64,000 nt of DNA, taken from positions 13,396-77,395 of the forward strand of contig CAWKIC010000010.1 of assembly GCA_963849615.1 (NCBI GenBank), written 5' to 3'. Position numbers and translations under genes: made by a program. The number at the start of each line of letters is the position of its first letter. Positions within the stretch are counted from its first letter, which is position 1. Source of the DNA: an uncultured Bacteroidales bacterium. Its GTDB lineage: Bacteria > Bacteroidota > Bacteroidia > Bacteroidales > VadinHA17. The notes under the pieces are model-generated. The model was not told the DNA's origin. It ran no database searches and worked only from the letters and a program-made list of their open reading frames with translations. Below are positions 30,488 through 41,523 of the stretch, piece by piece.

Positions 30488-31635
30488 TGTCAGACCAGTA
30501 TGATGTAATAATTTGCGGAGCCGGTCCTGCCGGATGTACTGCAGCCCTGGCTCTGGGATCATCAGGACTTAAGATAGGACTTATCGATAAAGAAGCTTCT
30601 CCCGGTGGAAAAGTCTGTGGTGATGCGATCCCCGCTTATGTCCCTAAAGTCTTAAATACAATAGATCCGGCATATTCAAGGGCATATGCGGATCTTAATC
30701 CAAAAGTTAATGTGGATACCTGCCGGTTGGTTGCTCCCAACGAAAAAGTCCTTGACCTGAAGTATCACGAGTTCGGAAGCATTTGTCAGCGATCCGTATT
30801 TGACAATTTCCTGTTCGACCTTGTTTGCCGCCTGCCAAACATCTCAATCCTCAGGGATACCAGAATCAAGGCTGCAGAAATAAAAGAGGATGAAGCAGTT
30901 TTAGTAAGTCTGAAAAACGAGGTGCTGAAAGCCCGCCTGGTAATCGGCTGTGATGGCGCTCACAGTATTATCAGAAGAAAACTGACATCCGGAAGAAATG
31001 ACCTTCGCCATTGTTCCTCTGCAGTCAGGGCTTACTTTAAAAATGTAAGGGATATCCCTGAAAATACCTTTGAGATGCATTTCATAAAAGAATACCTTCC
31101 GGGCTATTTCTGGATATTTCCCTTGCCTGACAACCGGGCAAATGTCGGACTCGGGATGCCCTCGGATGTTGTTACCGGCAAAAAGATAAACCTGAGGAAT
31201 GAGTTGCTGAGGATAACTGAATCAGTTCCGTACCTGAAACAACGTTTTTCAGGTGCGGAGGTATCAGGGGAAATGAAAGGATATCTTTTGCCTCTCGGAT
31301 CACAAAAAGTTACGATCTCAGGAAACCGGTTCATGCTTTGCGGTGATGCTGCTTCCCTCATTGACCCTGTCACAGGTGCAGGAATTGGTCAGGCTATGGT
31401 ATCAGGAAGATATGCAGGCTGGCATGCACTGAAATGTTTTGAAAACAATGATTTCTCATCCGGTTTTATGAAAGGATATGATAAAGCCGTCTATTTAAAA
31501 CTCGGTAAAGAAAACAGGATGCGCCTTATTATCCGCGAAATGTTCTTAAACAAGCCGTTTTTTTTCAATTCCGGAATAGGCCTCGCACTAAGGAGTAAAT
31601 TCTTTAAGAAAGTGATCCTGAGGGTATTAAAATAG
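30487..31635 (+). CDS. geranylgeranyl reductase-family FAD-dependent oxidoreductase
   Basis: YDVIICGAGPAGC, GCDGAHS and LCGDAASLIDPVTGAGI are present. I prefer the ATG at 30487, which overlaps the GH92 stop, over the upstream ORF-track start at 30466. Confidence 0.8.
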   Translation: MSDQYDVIICGAGPAGCTAALALGSSGLKIGLIDKEASPGGKVCGDAIPAYVPKVLNTIDPAYSRAYADLNPKVNVDTCRLVAPNEKVLDLKYHEFGSICQRSVFDNFLFDLVCRLPNISILRDTRIKAAEIKEDEAVLVSLKNEVLKARLVIGCDGAHSIIRRKLTSGRNDLRHCSSAVRAYFKNVRDIPENTFEMHFIKEYLPGYFWIFPLPDNRANVGLGMPSDVVTGKKINLRNELLRITESVPYLKQRFSGAEVSGEMKGYLLPLGSQKVTISGNRFMLCGDAASLIDPVTGAGIGQAMVSGRYAGWHALKCFENNDFSSGFMKGYDKAVYLKLGKENRMRLIIREMFLNKPFFFNSGIGLALRSKFFKKVILRVLK

Positions 31636-31745
31636 GATTTTAATACACGGCTTTTATTTATCATTATATCTTTTTTCTTATCTTCATAATTCATTTCTTA
31701 ATATCCTTTTAACTCAGGAATGTTGGACCTCAAATAATCAAAATC

Positions 31746-31898
31746 ATGAACACACGGACTGTCATCTATTTCGGATCAGGCTTAATCGCAGCGGTTATTG
31801 CATTAATTATCTTCTTCAGGGGACTTGACATTAAAGCACTGCTGTTCCTTATTTTTGGAGTTGCAGCTGTATTACTCTTCAGGCAGGCGGTTCGCTGA
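31746..31898 (+). CDS. small membrane protein (50 aa, two TM helices), hypothetical
   Basis: The ATG-to-TGA ORF reads MNTRTVIYFGSGLIAAVIALIIFFRGLDIKALLFLIFGVAAVLLFRQAVR. It is below the ORF-track size cut-off and rests on hydrophobicity only. Confidence 0.35.
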   Translation: MNTRTVIYFGSGLIAAVIALIIFFRGLDIKALLFLIFGVAAVLLFRQAVR

Positions 31899-31993
31899 GA
31901 TGAACAAAAAAAAGGAGTAACATGACACTTATTATAATACTGAACAAATTCTGACAAAATCCGGTTTATTATTAAACCATATATCTGCAATTC

Positions 31994-33064
31994 ATGAAAA
32001 AATCACTATTGGTTTTAGCAGCTCTCTTCTTGATTGTGGTTTTTCCTCTTGAATTCGCAGGGTTTTTTAAATAAGGTAGGAAGCTCTGTAGCAAAGGAAG
32101 TACTCGGAACAAACAAAGACGAAAGTAGCAGCAATTCGACAGAAACCCGGACCTGAGCCTGACTGTGCCCGCGATGATGCCAGTCTCATTATAGATCTTG
32201 AGAGATTTAAAATTGATTACAGGGAAACAACGATATGTGAAAAAGCGGACGGCAGCATCCTTTTAAAGGACAGGATTACCGGAAAATACTACCTGGCTAA
32301 GGATGGTAAGTCAGAAGGACCGTTGGAAGAGGATGATCCTCGTGTTAAGGAGTGCATCAACGTTAGTGAAGAGACTCCGGACAATCAGAACACCGATACC
32401 TGGGTAGCGAAATATCCTGAATACATTATGAAATCAGGAGATAAATTCATGATAAAATTCAATGGAAAGAACTTTGGAACTTATGCCATTATTACTGATT
32501 TTGCAGTCTCGCAATCCAAAGATAAATTTGCTGGCCTTGTAACTGAAAATGTACTTATTACTCAGGATCAGAGCAAGAAGATGAAGGATGAAATGGATAA
32601 AGCAACAACTGATCAGGAACGCATGGACATCGGAATGAAATACAGCCAGCAGATATCGAACCAGATGGTGATAACAGGCGGGACAGAATCTCTCCAGCCT
32701 AAATTGGTTTCAAATGTAGCCGGCTGCAAAATACGATGCCATGGTATGGATGGGAGGCAGATTAAACAGTAAAGTGAAATTGGATGATATACTTGTAATT
32801 TCCCAGGACAAAATTATTGATTTACAGGGGAATGTTGTTATGAATCTTGATCAGAACAGTTACAGTAACAAAGATCTGTTTGTCAATTCATCCAATACCA
32901 GATATGCAAGTTATAAATACGGGACTCTAACTTTCAATGATAACACAACTCTTAGCGGGCTTTTTAATCCATCTCTGAAAAAAACTAACGGAAAAGTATA
33001 TCTTACCTACATGTATTACTCTCCGGGAAAGAATGCCATTATGCAAGGTGCCTTGCCTTTCTAG
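31994..33064 (+). pseudogene. hypothetical secreted protein, at least 3 frame disruptions
   Basis: The signal peptide MKKSLLVLAALFLIVVF is followed by colinear pieces in other frames (32323-32772, 32741-33064). No family was recognised. Confidence 0.5.
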
Positions 33065-33067
33065 AAT

Positions 33068-33829
33068 ATGAGTTTCAATCAGATTATCTGCAAATATTTC
33101 AGTTACTATGCCGGGAAAATTAAATCTGAGGAGATTCATGGTATGTTGATTCTGATCTGCTTAAAAGGAGCAGCATCTTCGCAACAACAGATTACAAAAG
33201 AATCTTCAGCAGCGACTGGGAGAAAGGCTGAAGCCTTTGTTCTGAAAATGAGGGTTGGTTGAAAACTGTTTGTGAAAAAAATAATATCCCAGTTTCCGTT
33301 TGCAGTTGCACTTGTTTTTCCTGAATTGGTACGTTATTCAGCCCTGCGGGACAGAATTGAAATTTCGTCTTCTTAAAACACTTTATGTAAATCTCGGGGA
33401 AGAATATGCTGATTTTTCAATAGGTCCTTTTCAGATGAAACCATCCTTTGCCGAACAGGTAAATGAAAAAGTAGGTCAATAAATAACAGGAAGATCAGAA
33501 ATCAGTTCCGGGACAGAGCCTCGTTTAATAGTTCAAGGCTATTCAGGACGACGGTTGTTGAAGATCTTGAAGATCTGAGGACGCCAGTTTGATTACCTGG
33601 TAGCCTTTATCAAAATATGTGAATTCAGCTACCCGGAGAACTGGAAGGATGAGACCGTGAAGCTGAGGTTTTTTGCCACTGTTTATAATTGCGGACTGGA
33701 TAAAAGCAGGGAGTTTATTGAGATGATGTCGGATAAAAAGTTTTTCAGCACTAAGCTTGTTAAGTCAGAAACCTATTCTTATTCAGATATTTCGGTTTAC
33801 TGGTATAATACAAATCAAAAGGGTTTCTG
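33068..33829 (+). pseudogene. hypothetical protein, at least 4 frame disruptions
   Basis: Fragments (..FPELVRYSALRDRIE.., ..FSIGPFQMKPSFAEQ.., ..FFATVYNCGLDKSREFIE..) read through several frames and end at 33829. Confidence 0.4.
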
Positions 33830-33840
33830 AGACTCTTTGC

Positions 33841-33912
33841 GGCCTTTGTGCCTGCCCTGCCGGATAGGCAGGGTAGGCAGGGTTAAAGGATTTCGACTTT
33901 TTCAACAGCCCC
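33841..33912. repeat. half-copy of the ~170-bp MITE-like element (right arm)
   Basis: cctgccctgccggataggcagggtaggcaggg...gactttttcaacagcccc matches the inner palindrome plus the right terminal repeat of the elements at 34989 and 50461. Confidence 0.65.
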
Positions 33913-33918
33913 TACAAT

Positions 33919-34597
33919 TTAAAACCTGTAACCGGCAGAAAGACCGAATCCAATGTTCTTTTTTGAGGTTTTATCATCTGAGAGTTCAAAATCCGGGTTT
34001 ATTTTATAGAGCCCCATTTGGGTATTCATCTGACAGAATATTCCATTGTAAAATTCATATCCAAAAAAGATGTTTCCGCCGAAATCGAGAGGTTTATAGT
34101 ATGTATAATCTGTATCAGTGCTGTTTTTAAACCTGATTGTTCGTTTGCGCTGTGCTTCACGTCTAATTTTTCTGTCTGGATACCAGCAATTCCACAGGCA
34201 ACATATGGTCCGGCACCCAGTAGAATGTGTCCATCGCCAAGTTGTGGACGAAAAGGATATTCAAAGGCAATCTCAAATAAGAGAGCTTTGTTGTTCTTGT
34301 AGTATTTGAAAGGATTTCCTGTTTTGCCCCTTTTGTCGAAAATATTACTCCCGGCTGAAAGAATATATCAGTACCAACGGGTAATATGGCATTTACTCCT
34401 GCATGAAATCCAATGATCAATTTATAGCCAAGCTCTCCGCCATCATATCTGGTACCATACAGGTCCTGAAGGTTTACACCTCCTATAAGACCAATACGTA
34501 TTCTATCATTGCTTCCTTGTTTTTGCTGGGCGGAAGTCTGGGCAAGAGGAAGAACCAGAAAGAGAACAAGCGCCATTCCGAACATTCTTGTTTTCAT
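33919..34597 (-). CDS. small outer-membrane beta-barrel (OmpA-N / porin-type) protein (at least 2 frame disruptions)
   Basis: Signal peptide MKTRMFGMALVLFLVLPLAQTSAQ, then strand pattern IRIGLIGGVNL..YKLIIGFHAGV. The C-terminus ..FGLSAGYRF is in another frame. Confidence 0.65.
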
Positions 34598-34779
34598 AGC
34601 GAATCTTTCTATTGTTAAAGTTCCGGTAAATGTAAGAAACTAAATAAAACTATAACCATTTTATGAAATCGTTTATTCAATAAAAAGACTTAAATTACTA
34701 ACAATTTAAATACCGTTTTCAGCCGGGAGTCTAACATTAAATAAATATTTCATACAGTATTAACTAAATTTTTAAGAAC

Positions 34780-34983
34780 ATGGCCGTATTAAAAGTTATT
34801 GAAATCCTGGCTGACTCAGAAAAAAGCTGGGAAGATGCCACTGCTGTTGCCATAAAAAATGCCAGCAAGACAGTTAAAGAGATCCGTTCCGCCTATGTCA
34901 AGGACATGAGCGTTGTCGTAAAGAATAACAAGATCACGGAATACCGTGTCAATTTGAAGATCACCTTCGAAGTACTGAATTAA
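34780..34983 (+). CDS. dodecin-family flavin-binding protein
   Basis: 67 aa. VLKVIEILADSEKSWEDA..A...A.KTV..I....V.....V.......EYRVNLKITFEV matches the dodecin (DUF1458) pattern. Confidence 0.8.
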   Translation: MAVLKVIEILADSEKSWEDATAVAIKNASKTVKEIRSAYVKDMSVVVKNNKITEYRVNLKITFEVLN

Positions 34984-34988
34984 ATAGA

Positions 34989-35156
34989 GGCTGTTGAAAA
35001 AGTTGATTTTTTGGACTTTTTCCCTTTGTGTTCCTTAGTGCTATACTTTGTGATCCTTTGTGGTATTAAATTATGTTTTACCACAAAGTACTCAAACCTG
35101 CCTACCGGCAGGCAGGGGTTATCACGAAGGTTCACAAAGGACTTTTTCAACAGCTC
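34989..35156. mobile_element. MITE-like palindromic element, copy A (~170 bp)
   Basis: Terminal inverted repeats are ggctgttgaaaaagt and actttttcaacagc. Internal features are heptamer arms (ctttgtg/cttagtg vs cacaaag) and the inner palindrome cctgcctaccggcaggcagg. It is about 95% identical to 50461-50630. Confidence 0.75.
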
Positions 35157-35190
35157 CCGCAATTTTAAAATACAACTTTAGACAGGTAAA

Positions 35191-35574
35191 TCAAGCCTCT
35201 TCGGGCTTATCGTCGCTTGTTTTCTTTTTGATATTCTCTGCAATATCTTCAAGTTTATCGGCAGTTTTATCAGCAACCTTTTTGCCGAACTCCTTCAGTT
35301 TTGATAAGGTTTCTTCAGCCTTGTCTTCGGTTTTATCTGCAAAAGATTCCAGTTTTTCCTTCAACCCGCTTTGTTTTAAGTCCTCAACCTTATCCTCAAC
35401 GAAGTCGCCTGCTTTGTCAAGTGAATCGGCAACTTTCTTAAATGCTTCGGTCTTCTTGATCTCGTCTACTTTCTCGTCAATAAAATCATCAGCCTTGTCC
35501 ATCAGCTTTTTGGCTTTGTCCAGTAAACTCTCATTTTCGGGTTCAACTGGTTCTTTTTTTGTATTTTCTTCCAT
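35191..35574 (-). CDS. hypothetical charged helical-repeat protein (YtxH/LEA-like composition)
   Basis: 127 aa with repeated DKA.DFVEDKVEDLK-type heptads and an ATG start. I prefer it over the antisense Ser-rich ORF. Confidence 0.55.
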   Translation of the reverse strand: MEENTKKEPVEPENESLLDKAKKLMDKADDFIDEKVDEIKKTEAFKKVADSLDKAGDFVEDKVEDLKQSGLKEKLESFADKTEDKAEETLSKLKEFGKKVADKTADKLEDIAENIKKKTSDDKPEEA

Positions 35575-35623
35575 TTTACTAAATTTTTAAGTTTATTAAC
35601 TTGATAAAACCATAAAGAAAGTC

Positions 35624-35715
35624 TTCCTTAGTGTAACTTTGTACTTTACTTTATGATGTATTGATTTAAAATTAACCACTAAGGTACACAAAGGTTTTCA
35701 CTAAGGTACACAAAG
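35624..35715. repeat. heptamer palindrome repeat (CTTAGTG/CACTAAG, CACAAAG)
   Basis: cttccttagtgtaactttgtac ... accactaaggtacacaaaggttttcactaaggtacacaaag forms inverted arms around an AT-rich loop. Confidence 0.7.
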
Positions 35716-35798
35716 CGATTTTTTAGACTCTTTCAGGAGTAATCATTGACCAGCCAGCTGGCAGGAGAACAAGATAGCCTAACTTAAAAAATGATCAG

Positions 35799-36221
35799 AT
35801 GAGCTCAGAAACCACTTATTCAAAATCCTCGAAATGGACAGGAGTTGTCAAAAAAACAAAAAGAATATTAAGATGGGTATTGATATTAATAATTGTCTTT
35901 CTTGGCACTTTTATCTATTGGAAGTATTTCTATACCTACAGCGAAGGTTACCGTGCAGGGCTATTGCAGAAATTCTCAAACAAGGGTACATTTTTCAAAA
36001 CATATGAAGGGGAGTTGATACTCAGCAGTATATCAAGCACGTCAAATGTGGCAATTGCCTCTGAAAAATTCCTTTTCTCAGTTCGTAATAAGGATCTCGC
36101 CCACCAGTTTGATACCCTTCAGGGAAGAAATGTTATTATCCATTACGTGCAAAAGAATGGCGTTGTGTTCTGGAGAGGCGATACGATGTATCTTGTCGAC
36201 AGCATAAAAGTCAGGAATTAG
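35799..36221 (+). CDS. hypothetical membrane-anchored protein
   Basis: 140 aa with one N-terminal TM (WVLILIIVFLGTFIYW). No family was recognised. Confidence 0.5.
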   Translation: MSSETTYSKSSKWTGVVKKTKRILRWVLILIIVFLGTFIYWKYFYTYSEGYRAGLLQKFSNKGTFFKTYEGELILSSISSTSNVAIASEKFLFSVRNKDLAHQFDTLQGRNVIIHYVQKNGVVFWRGDTMYLVDSIKVRN

Positions 36222-36260
36222 GCTTGCTTAATACTGTAAATGATCAATAAACCCTGAATT

Positions 36261-37796
36261 CTATTTCATTACTTTTTTCATAATTCCGAGAACCCCCCGT
36301 ATGAAAGTGGCGCTGGTAAGCACTTTCACAACAGGGCTTACTGATCGCCTTGCTGAAGTTCCTGATGTCCTTCTCCCCCATGGCCCCCCTCTACCCTTCT
36401 CCCACTCTTTCCTTGCTTCCTGATCTTCAGCTTCTTTCCTTATGTCATCAACCTTTCTTGTCAGCACCTCAAAAGCACTTTCACGATCAACAGTTTCGTT
36501 GTATTTCCTGACAAGATCTGAATACCTGTTTATTGAATCTATTTCATCCTTGGATAAAATATCCATCCTGCTCATGGGGGCTCTCATCATAGTTGCAGCA
36601 AGCGGGGTTGGGATCCCTTTCTCATTCAGGGCTGTTACAAGCGCTTCGCCGATCCCAAGTTCCGTAAGAGCTTCATCTGTTTTATAATAATCGGATACAG
36701 GGAAGTTTTCGGCAGTAAGCTTTATGGCTTTTCTGTCAATTGCCGTAAAAGCTCTCAGGGCATGTTGTACTTTCAGTCCGAGCTGGGCAAGAACGCCATT
36801 GGGAACATCCATGGGGTTCTGGGTGACAAAAAACACACCTACCCCTTTCGAGCGGATCAGCTTAACAATATTTTCAATCTGGTCAAGCAAAGTTTTGCTT
36901 GCCTGGTTAAATATAAGATGCGCTTCATCAACGAATATTACAAGCTCCGGTTTCTCCACATCTCCCTTTTCGGGCATCAGATCATACACTTCTGCCAGCA
37001 GGCATAATATGAAGGTTGAAAACAGCTTCGGCTTATCCTGAATATCTGTAAGCCTGATAATACTGACATAACCGTTACCATCCCTGTCGTGCCTCATCAG
37101 GTCGCGGATGTCGAACGAAGGTTCACCGAAAAAAAGATCAGCATCCTGCTGTTCCAGCTCCATTACCTTGCGAAGTATGATTCCGGTTGTGGCAGGGGAT
37201 ATTTTACCGTAATCATGTTCAAGCTCTTCCTTTCCTTCTTCGGTAACATATTGAATTACTTTTTTCAGATCTTTAAGATCGAGTAAATGCATCTGCTTAT
37301 CGTCGCAATACTGGAATATTATGGAAAGAACCCCTCCCTGGGTATCGTTAAGATCAAGTATTCGTGACAATAATACAGGGCCGAACTCGGAAACAGTAGC
37401 ACGCATTCTGACACCATCCTGTTGTGAAATTGTTAACAATTCAACCGGGCAGCCTTTTACAGAATACGGCAGACCTATTTTGGCATGCCTCTCGGTTATA
37501 AAAGGTTTCTCTTCGCCGGGTTTGGCTATTCCGCTGAGATCGCCCTTAACATCCATCAGGAGTACAGGAACACCTTTTTCAGACAGCTGTTCTGAAATTA
37601 CCTGCAGTGTTTTGGTTTTACCCGTTCCGGTGGCACCAGCTATAAGGCCATGCCTGTTCATGGTTCTGAGGGGCACTCTGATCAGGGCATTTGTAAGTGG
37701 CAACCCATCAAGTATTCCACCTCCAAGAATGATTGAATCACCCTTACAGGCGTAGCCATCATTTATTATCGCTGTAAATGCATCTTTCTTATCCAT
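36261..37796 (-). CDS. DUF853 / HerA-like P-loop ATPase (YjgR family)
   Basis: Intact 511 aa with Walker A GATGTGKTKT and Walker B LVIFVDEAHL. Length and layout resemble E. coli YjgR. Confidence 0.8.
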   Translation of the reverse strand: MDKKDAFTAIINDGYACKGDSIILGGGILDGLPLTNALIRVPLRTMNRHGLIAGATGTGKTKTLQVISEQLSEKGVPVLLMDVKGDLSGIAKPGEEKPFITERHAKIGLPYSVKGCPVELLTISQQDGVRMRATVSEFGPVLLSRILDLNDTQGGVLSIIFQYCDDKQMHLLDLKDLKKVIQYVTEEGKEELEHDYGKISPATTGIILRKVMELEQQDADLFFGEPSFDIRDLMRHDRDGNGYVSIIRLTDIQDKPKLFSTFILCLLAEVYDLMPEKGDVEKPELVIFVDEAHLIFNQASKTLLDQIENIVKLIRSKGVGVFFVTQNPMDVPNGVLAQLGLKVQHALRAFTAIDRKAIKLTAENFPVSDYYKTDEALTELGIGEALVTALNEKGIPTPLAATMMRAPMSRMDILSKDEIDSINRYSDLVRKYNETVDRESAFEVLTRKVDDIRKEAEDQEARKEWEKGRGGPWGRRTSGTSARRSVSPVVKVLTSATFIRGVLGIMKKVMK

Positions 37797-38214
37797 ATTT
37801 TGAAATATTATTCTGTAAAAATCAGAAGATGCAATTTAATTGTTTAGCCTCAATATTCAAAGGATTGAAATGCGAAGATCTGCGGATTCCCTCTATTTAT
37901 AAAGTTGAAAGACCGAAGACCGAAGACAGGGCCGACCGTAAGATCCCGCCGGTGGCGGGATTTAGGGAGGAGCCAGGCTGCAGGGAGACAGAAGTACGCG
38001 AAGGCAAGGCTGACCTTTAAGAACTAGCCCGGTGGGCCGGTTCAGTGAGAAGAAAAAAGTTATAGATCAAATCTGAAATTTTGTATATTTGGTACAGAAT
38101 AACTGGCTGTTACCATTTCAGTCGTTGAAAATCAAAATTGTGTCAAAAAAATTATTTAGTTTCCTGATATTTTTATAATTTCAGACATTATTTATTCACC
38201 TAAATCTCATAAAG

Positions 38215-38550
38215 ATGGCAAAGTTTGAAGTTTATCAGAGTGGTACAAAAAATGAATTCCGCTTTCGCCTTAAAGCCGACAATGGACAGATTATCCTGAG
38301 CAGCGAAGGCTACAACACCAAAGCATCATGTCTGAACGGAATCGAATCAGTAAAGAAAAATTCTGCTGATCCAAAACGTTTCGCCAAGGCAAAAACTCCT
38401 TCAAATATGTTCCGGTTCTCAATTACCGCTGCAAACAACCAGGTCATTGGGACAAGTCAGAATTACAAGAGCGAAAGCGGTCGTGACAATGGCGTTGAAT
38501 CTGTAAAGAGAAACGCTCCCAAAGCACAAATCAAGGAAGTTGTAAAATAA
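38215..38550 (+). CDS. YegP-family protein (two DUF1508 repeats)
   Basis: 111 aa with tandem motifs FRFRLKADNGQIILSSEGY and FRFSITAANNQVIGTSQNY. Confidence 0.85.
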   Translation: MAKFEVYQSGTKNEFRFRLKADNGQIILSSEGYNTKASCLNGIESVKKNSADPKRFAKAKTPSNMFRFSITAANNQVIGTSQNYKSESGRDNGVESVKRNAPKAQIKEVVK

Positions 38551-38622
38551 AAGCATCTATCTTTTCGGGGACTCCTCCATTTCAGCCATGCCATGCGTGG
38601 CTACTAACTAAACCCTTACAAA

Positions 38623-39022
38623 ATGAAAATTTTAGACGAATTCAAAAAGTTTGCAATGAAAGGTAATGTGGTCGATATGGCCGTAGGTATCATCATTGGT
38701 GCAGCATTTGGCAAGATTGTATCATCAATCGTAAATGATATAATAATGCCGCCAATCGGATTGCTTCTCGGAGGCGTCAATTTTACAGATCTCAAAGTTG
38801 TTATGAAAGCAGCAACTGAGGCCACACCTGCCGTTACATGGAATTATGGTAACTTTATTCAGGTTTCAATTGATTTTTTAATTGTGGCAGTTGCTGTCTT
38901 CATGCTTGTTAAGGCAATTAATGCAGCAAAGAAAAAAGAAGAAGCAGCTCCTGCAGCCTCCTCCTGCCCCGACCAGGGATCAGACACTGCTTACTGAAAT
39001 CCGCGATCTGCTTAAGAAATAA
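38623..39022 (+). CDS. mscL: large-conductance mechanosensitive channel (one frame disruption near 38950)
   Basis: [39 protein letters not shown] is the canonical MscL N-terminus. The expected C-terminus ..[12 protein letters not shown] is in the next frame and ends at 39022. Confidence 0.85.
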
Positions 39023-39133
39023 TCATACGGTTTATATATTTAATTAAGTATGTGGGGCGTTGCATGCAACGTCTCTACATAGTTTATTGCCTCTGTCGGA
39101 TTATTCATAGCTTTATAATAAATCATTGTTCCC

Positions 39134-41465
39134 ATGAGACCAAAACCTACTATTCTGCCTGGTTTAGTCCTGATGCTTACATTTTGTTCTGTCATATATT
39201 GTCAGGATGCTCCATCGGGGATGAAGATCTGGTTCAACAAGCCTGCAGGATCATGGAATGAGGCACTTCCTGTCGGGAACGGTCGCCTAGGTGCAATGGT
39301 ATTCGGTGGAGTTGAAAATGAACGCCTGCAGCTCAATGAAGAATCAGTATGGACCGGGGAATCCCGATGGGATGCCAATCCGGAAGCACTAAAAGCTCTT
39401 CCTGATGTCAGGACACTTCTGTTCAACGGGAAATACAGGGAAGCTGAAAAACTGGCACAGGAAAGAATAATGGGAACCATCAGGCGCGATGAAAAATCGA
39501 GCTATCAGACCCTGGGTGACCTTACCCTAAATTTTGGCGCAAACCGGGGAATTTCAGGCTACCGCCGCGAACTTGACATCGAAGATGCAATAGCACGAAT
39601 TTACTATACAACTAATCAGGTAAAATATTCCCGCGAAATTTTCTCAAGTTTTCCCTCTCAGGTACTTGTGATAAGGCTGACAGCTGACAAACCCGGAGCT
39701 TTAACTTTTACGGTAAGGCTTTCAAGACCAGGGAATAATGCTTCAATAAATGCACATGACAATGAAATCCGGATGAGCGAACATATCGGAAACGGGCTTG
39801 GTGTTAAAATTGAATCACGGCTCAGGGTCATGGCTGAAATGGGAACCCTGATTTCAGATGGCGACAGTATCAGAATTGAAAAAGCTGACGCAGTTTTAAT
39901 TTTGCTGGCTGCCGCAACTGATTATTCCGGAGATGATCCCGGACCATTATGTGCCAACAGGTTGGATTCTGTCACCAGACGCTCATATTCAGATATTAAG
40001 GAGGCTCACATTGCTGATTACCAGTCATTTTTCAAACGGGTCACAATCGAACTTGGCGGAAGTGACGGAAATTACTTTACCACTGATGCCAGGATCACAG
40101 CAATGCAGAACGGCTACACTGATACGGATCTGATTGAACTATACTATCAGTTTGGCAGGTATCTGCTTATCAGCAGTTCCCGTCCCGGAGACCTTCCTGC
40201 CAACCTTCAGGGGATCTGGGCCGATGGACTGCAGCCGCCATGGAGCGCCGACTATCACATTAATATAAATATCCAGATGAACTACTGGCCCTCTGAGATC
40301 ACAAACCTCGGGGAGCTTCAATTGCCGTTAGTTGATTTCATAGATGCCATGAGACCCAATGCCAGACGTACAGCTAAAGAGGTTTATGGATTGAAGGGTA
40401 TTGTAGCCCATTATACCACTGATGTTTGGCATTACACTGAGCCCATGGGCGCACTGGTATATGGAATGTGGCCAATGGGAATAGCCTGGAGCTGCCAGAA
40501 TATCTGGGACCATTACCAGTTTGGCGGTGATATTGATTACCTCAGGAATAAAGCATACCCGATAATGAAAGAGACTGCTGAGTTTTGTGTCGGATGGCTG
40601 GTTGTAAATCCTGAGACAGGATTGCTTGTCTCCGGACCTTCAATTTCTCCTGAGAACCGGTTTAAAATACCGGGAGAAGAAGGCACCGCCAGCCTGGTAA
40701 TGGGACCGACGATGGATCATATGATAATACGGGATCTTCTACAGAATACGATAAAGGCAAGCACTGTACTGGATGCCGATAAAGCATTCCGGATAACTAT
40801 GGAAAAAACTCTTGAACGGCTGACTCCTGTAAAGGTTAGCAGCGACGGACGCATCATGGAATGGTCGCGAGGAATTCGAAGAACCGGAACCGGGTCATCG
40901 CCACATATCACATCTTTACGGCCTTCATCCCGGAAACCAGATAACACAGAAAAATCCCGAATTGATGGAAGCCGCACGCAAGACAATCGATTACCGTCTT
41001 GCAAACGGTGGCGGACATACAGGCTGGAGCAGGGCATGGATAATTAACTTCTACGCCAGGCTGAGGGATGGAGAAAAAGCATGGGAGAGTGTGTTGGCGT
41101 TGCTTACAAAATCAACTCTGAATAATCTTTTCGACACTCATCCGCCATTCCAGATAGATGGTAATTTCGGAGGCACCGCAGGTATTACCGAGATGCTTCT
41201 TCAGAGTCACGCAGGGGAGGTCGAACTGCTGCCCGCCATTCCCTCAGAGTGGCAATTGGGAAATGTACATGGATTAATGGCACGGGGAGGTTTCGAGGTA
41301 GATATCGACTGGGAGAACGGGAAGCTGAAGCAGGCAAAGATCACATCTAAAACAGGGAATCCATTGAAAGTAAGCTACCAGGGAAAAACATCAGAAATTC
41401 AAGCTACCGAAAAAGGCAAATCGTATATTTTTACTTTAGGATCAACAGGATTGGCCGTTAATTAA
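39134..41465 (+). CDS. GH95-family alpha-L-fucosidase (one frame disruption near 40868)
   Basis: The N-terminal block [37 protein letters not shown] is present. Removing one base after tggtcg restores ..[25 protein letters not shown]... Confidence 0.85.
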
Positions 41466-41523
41466 AACCAGCATGAGCTGCCCGAACAGATTATTTGTTC
41501 TACCCGATTACCTTTGTCTTCTT

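Noticed and set aside
35060-35590. 176-aa Ser/Leu-rich ORF on the + strand.
   Set aside because: It is antisense to the more plausible charged helical-repeat ORF (35191-35574, minus strand). Its 5' part is translated from the MITE-like element, and its composition is the mirror image of the GA-rich sense codons.
41473-41523. Upstream start (MSCPNRLFVLPDYLCLL) for the GH78 gene.
   Set aside because: The downstream Met gives a canonical signal peptide (MKKSIPILLCLMLF). The upstream extension begins only 8 nt after the GH95 stop and adds a non-signal-like leader.
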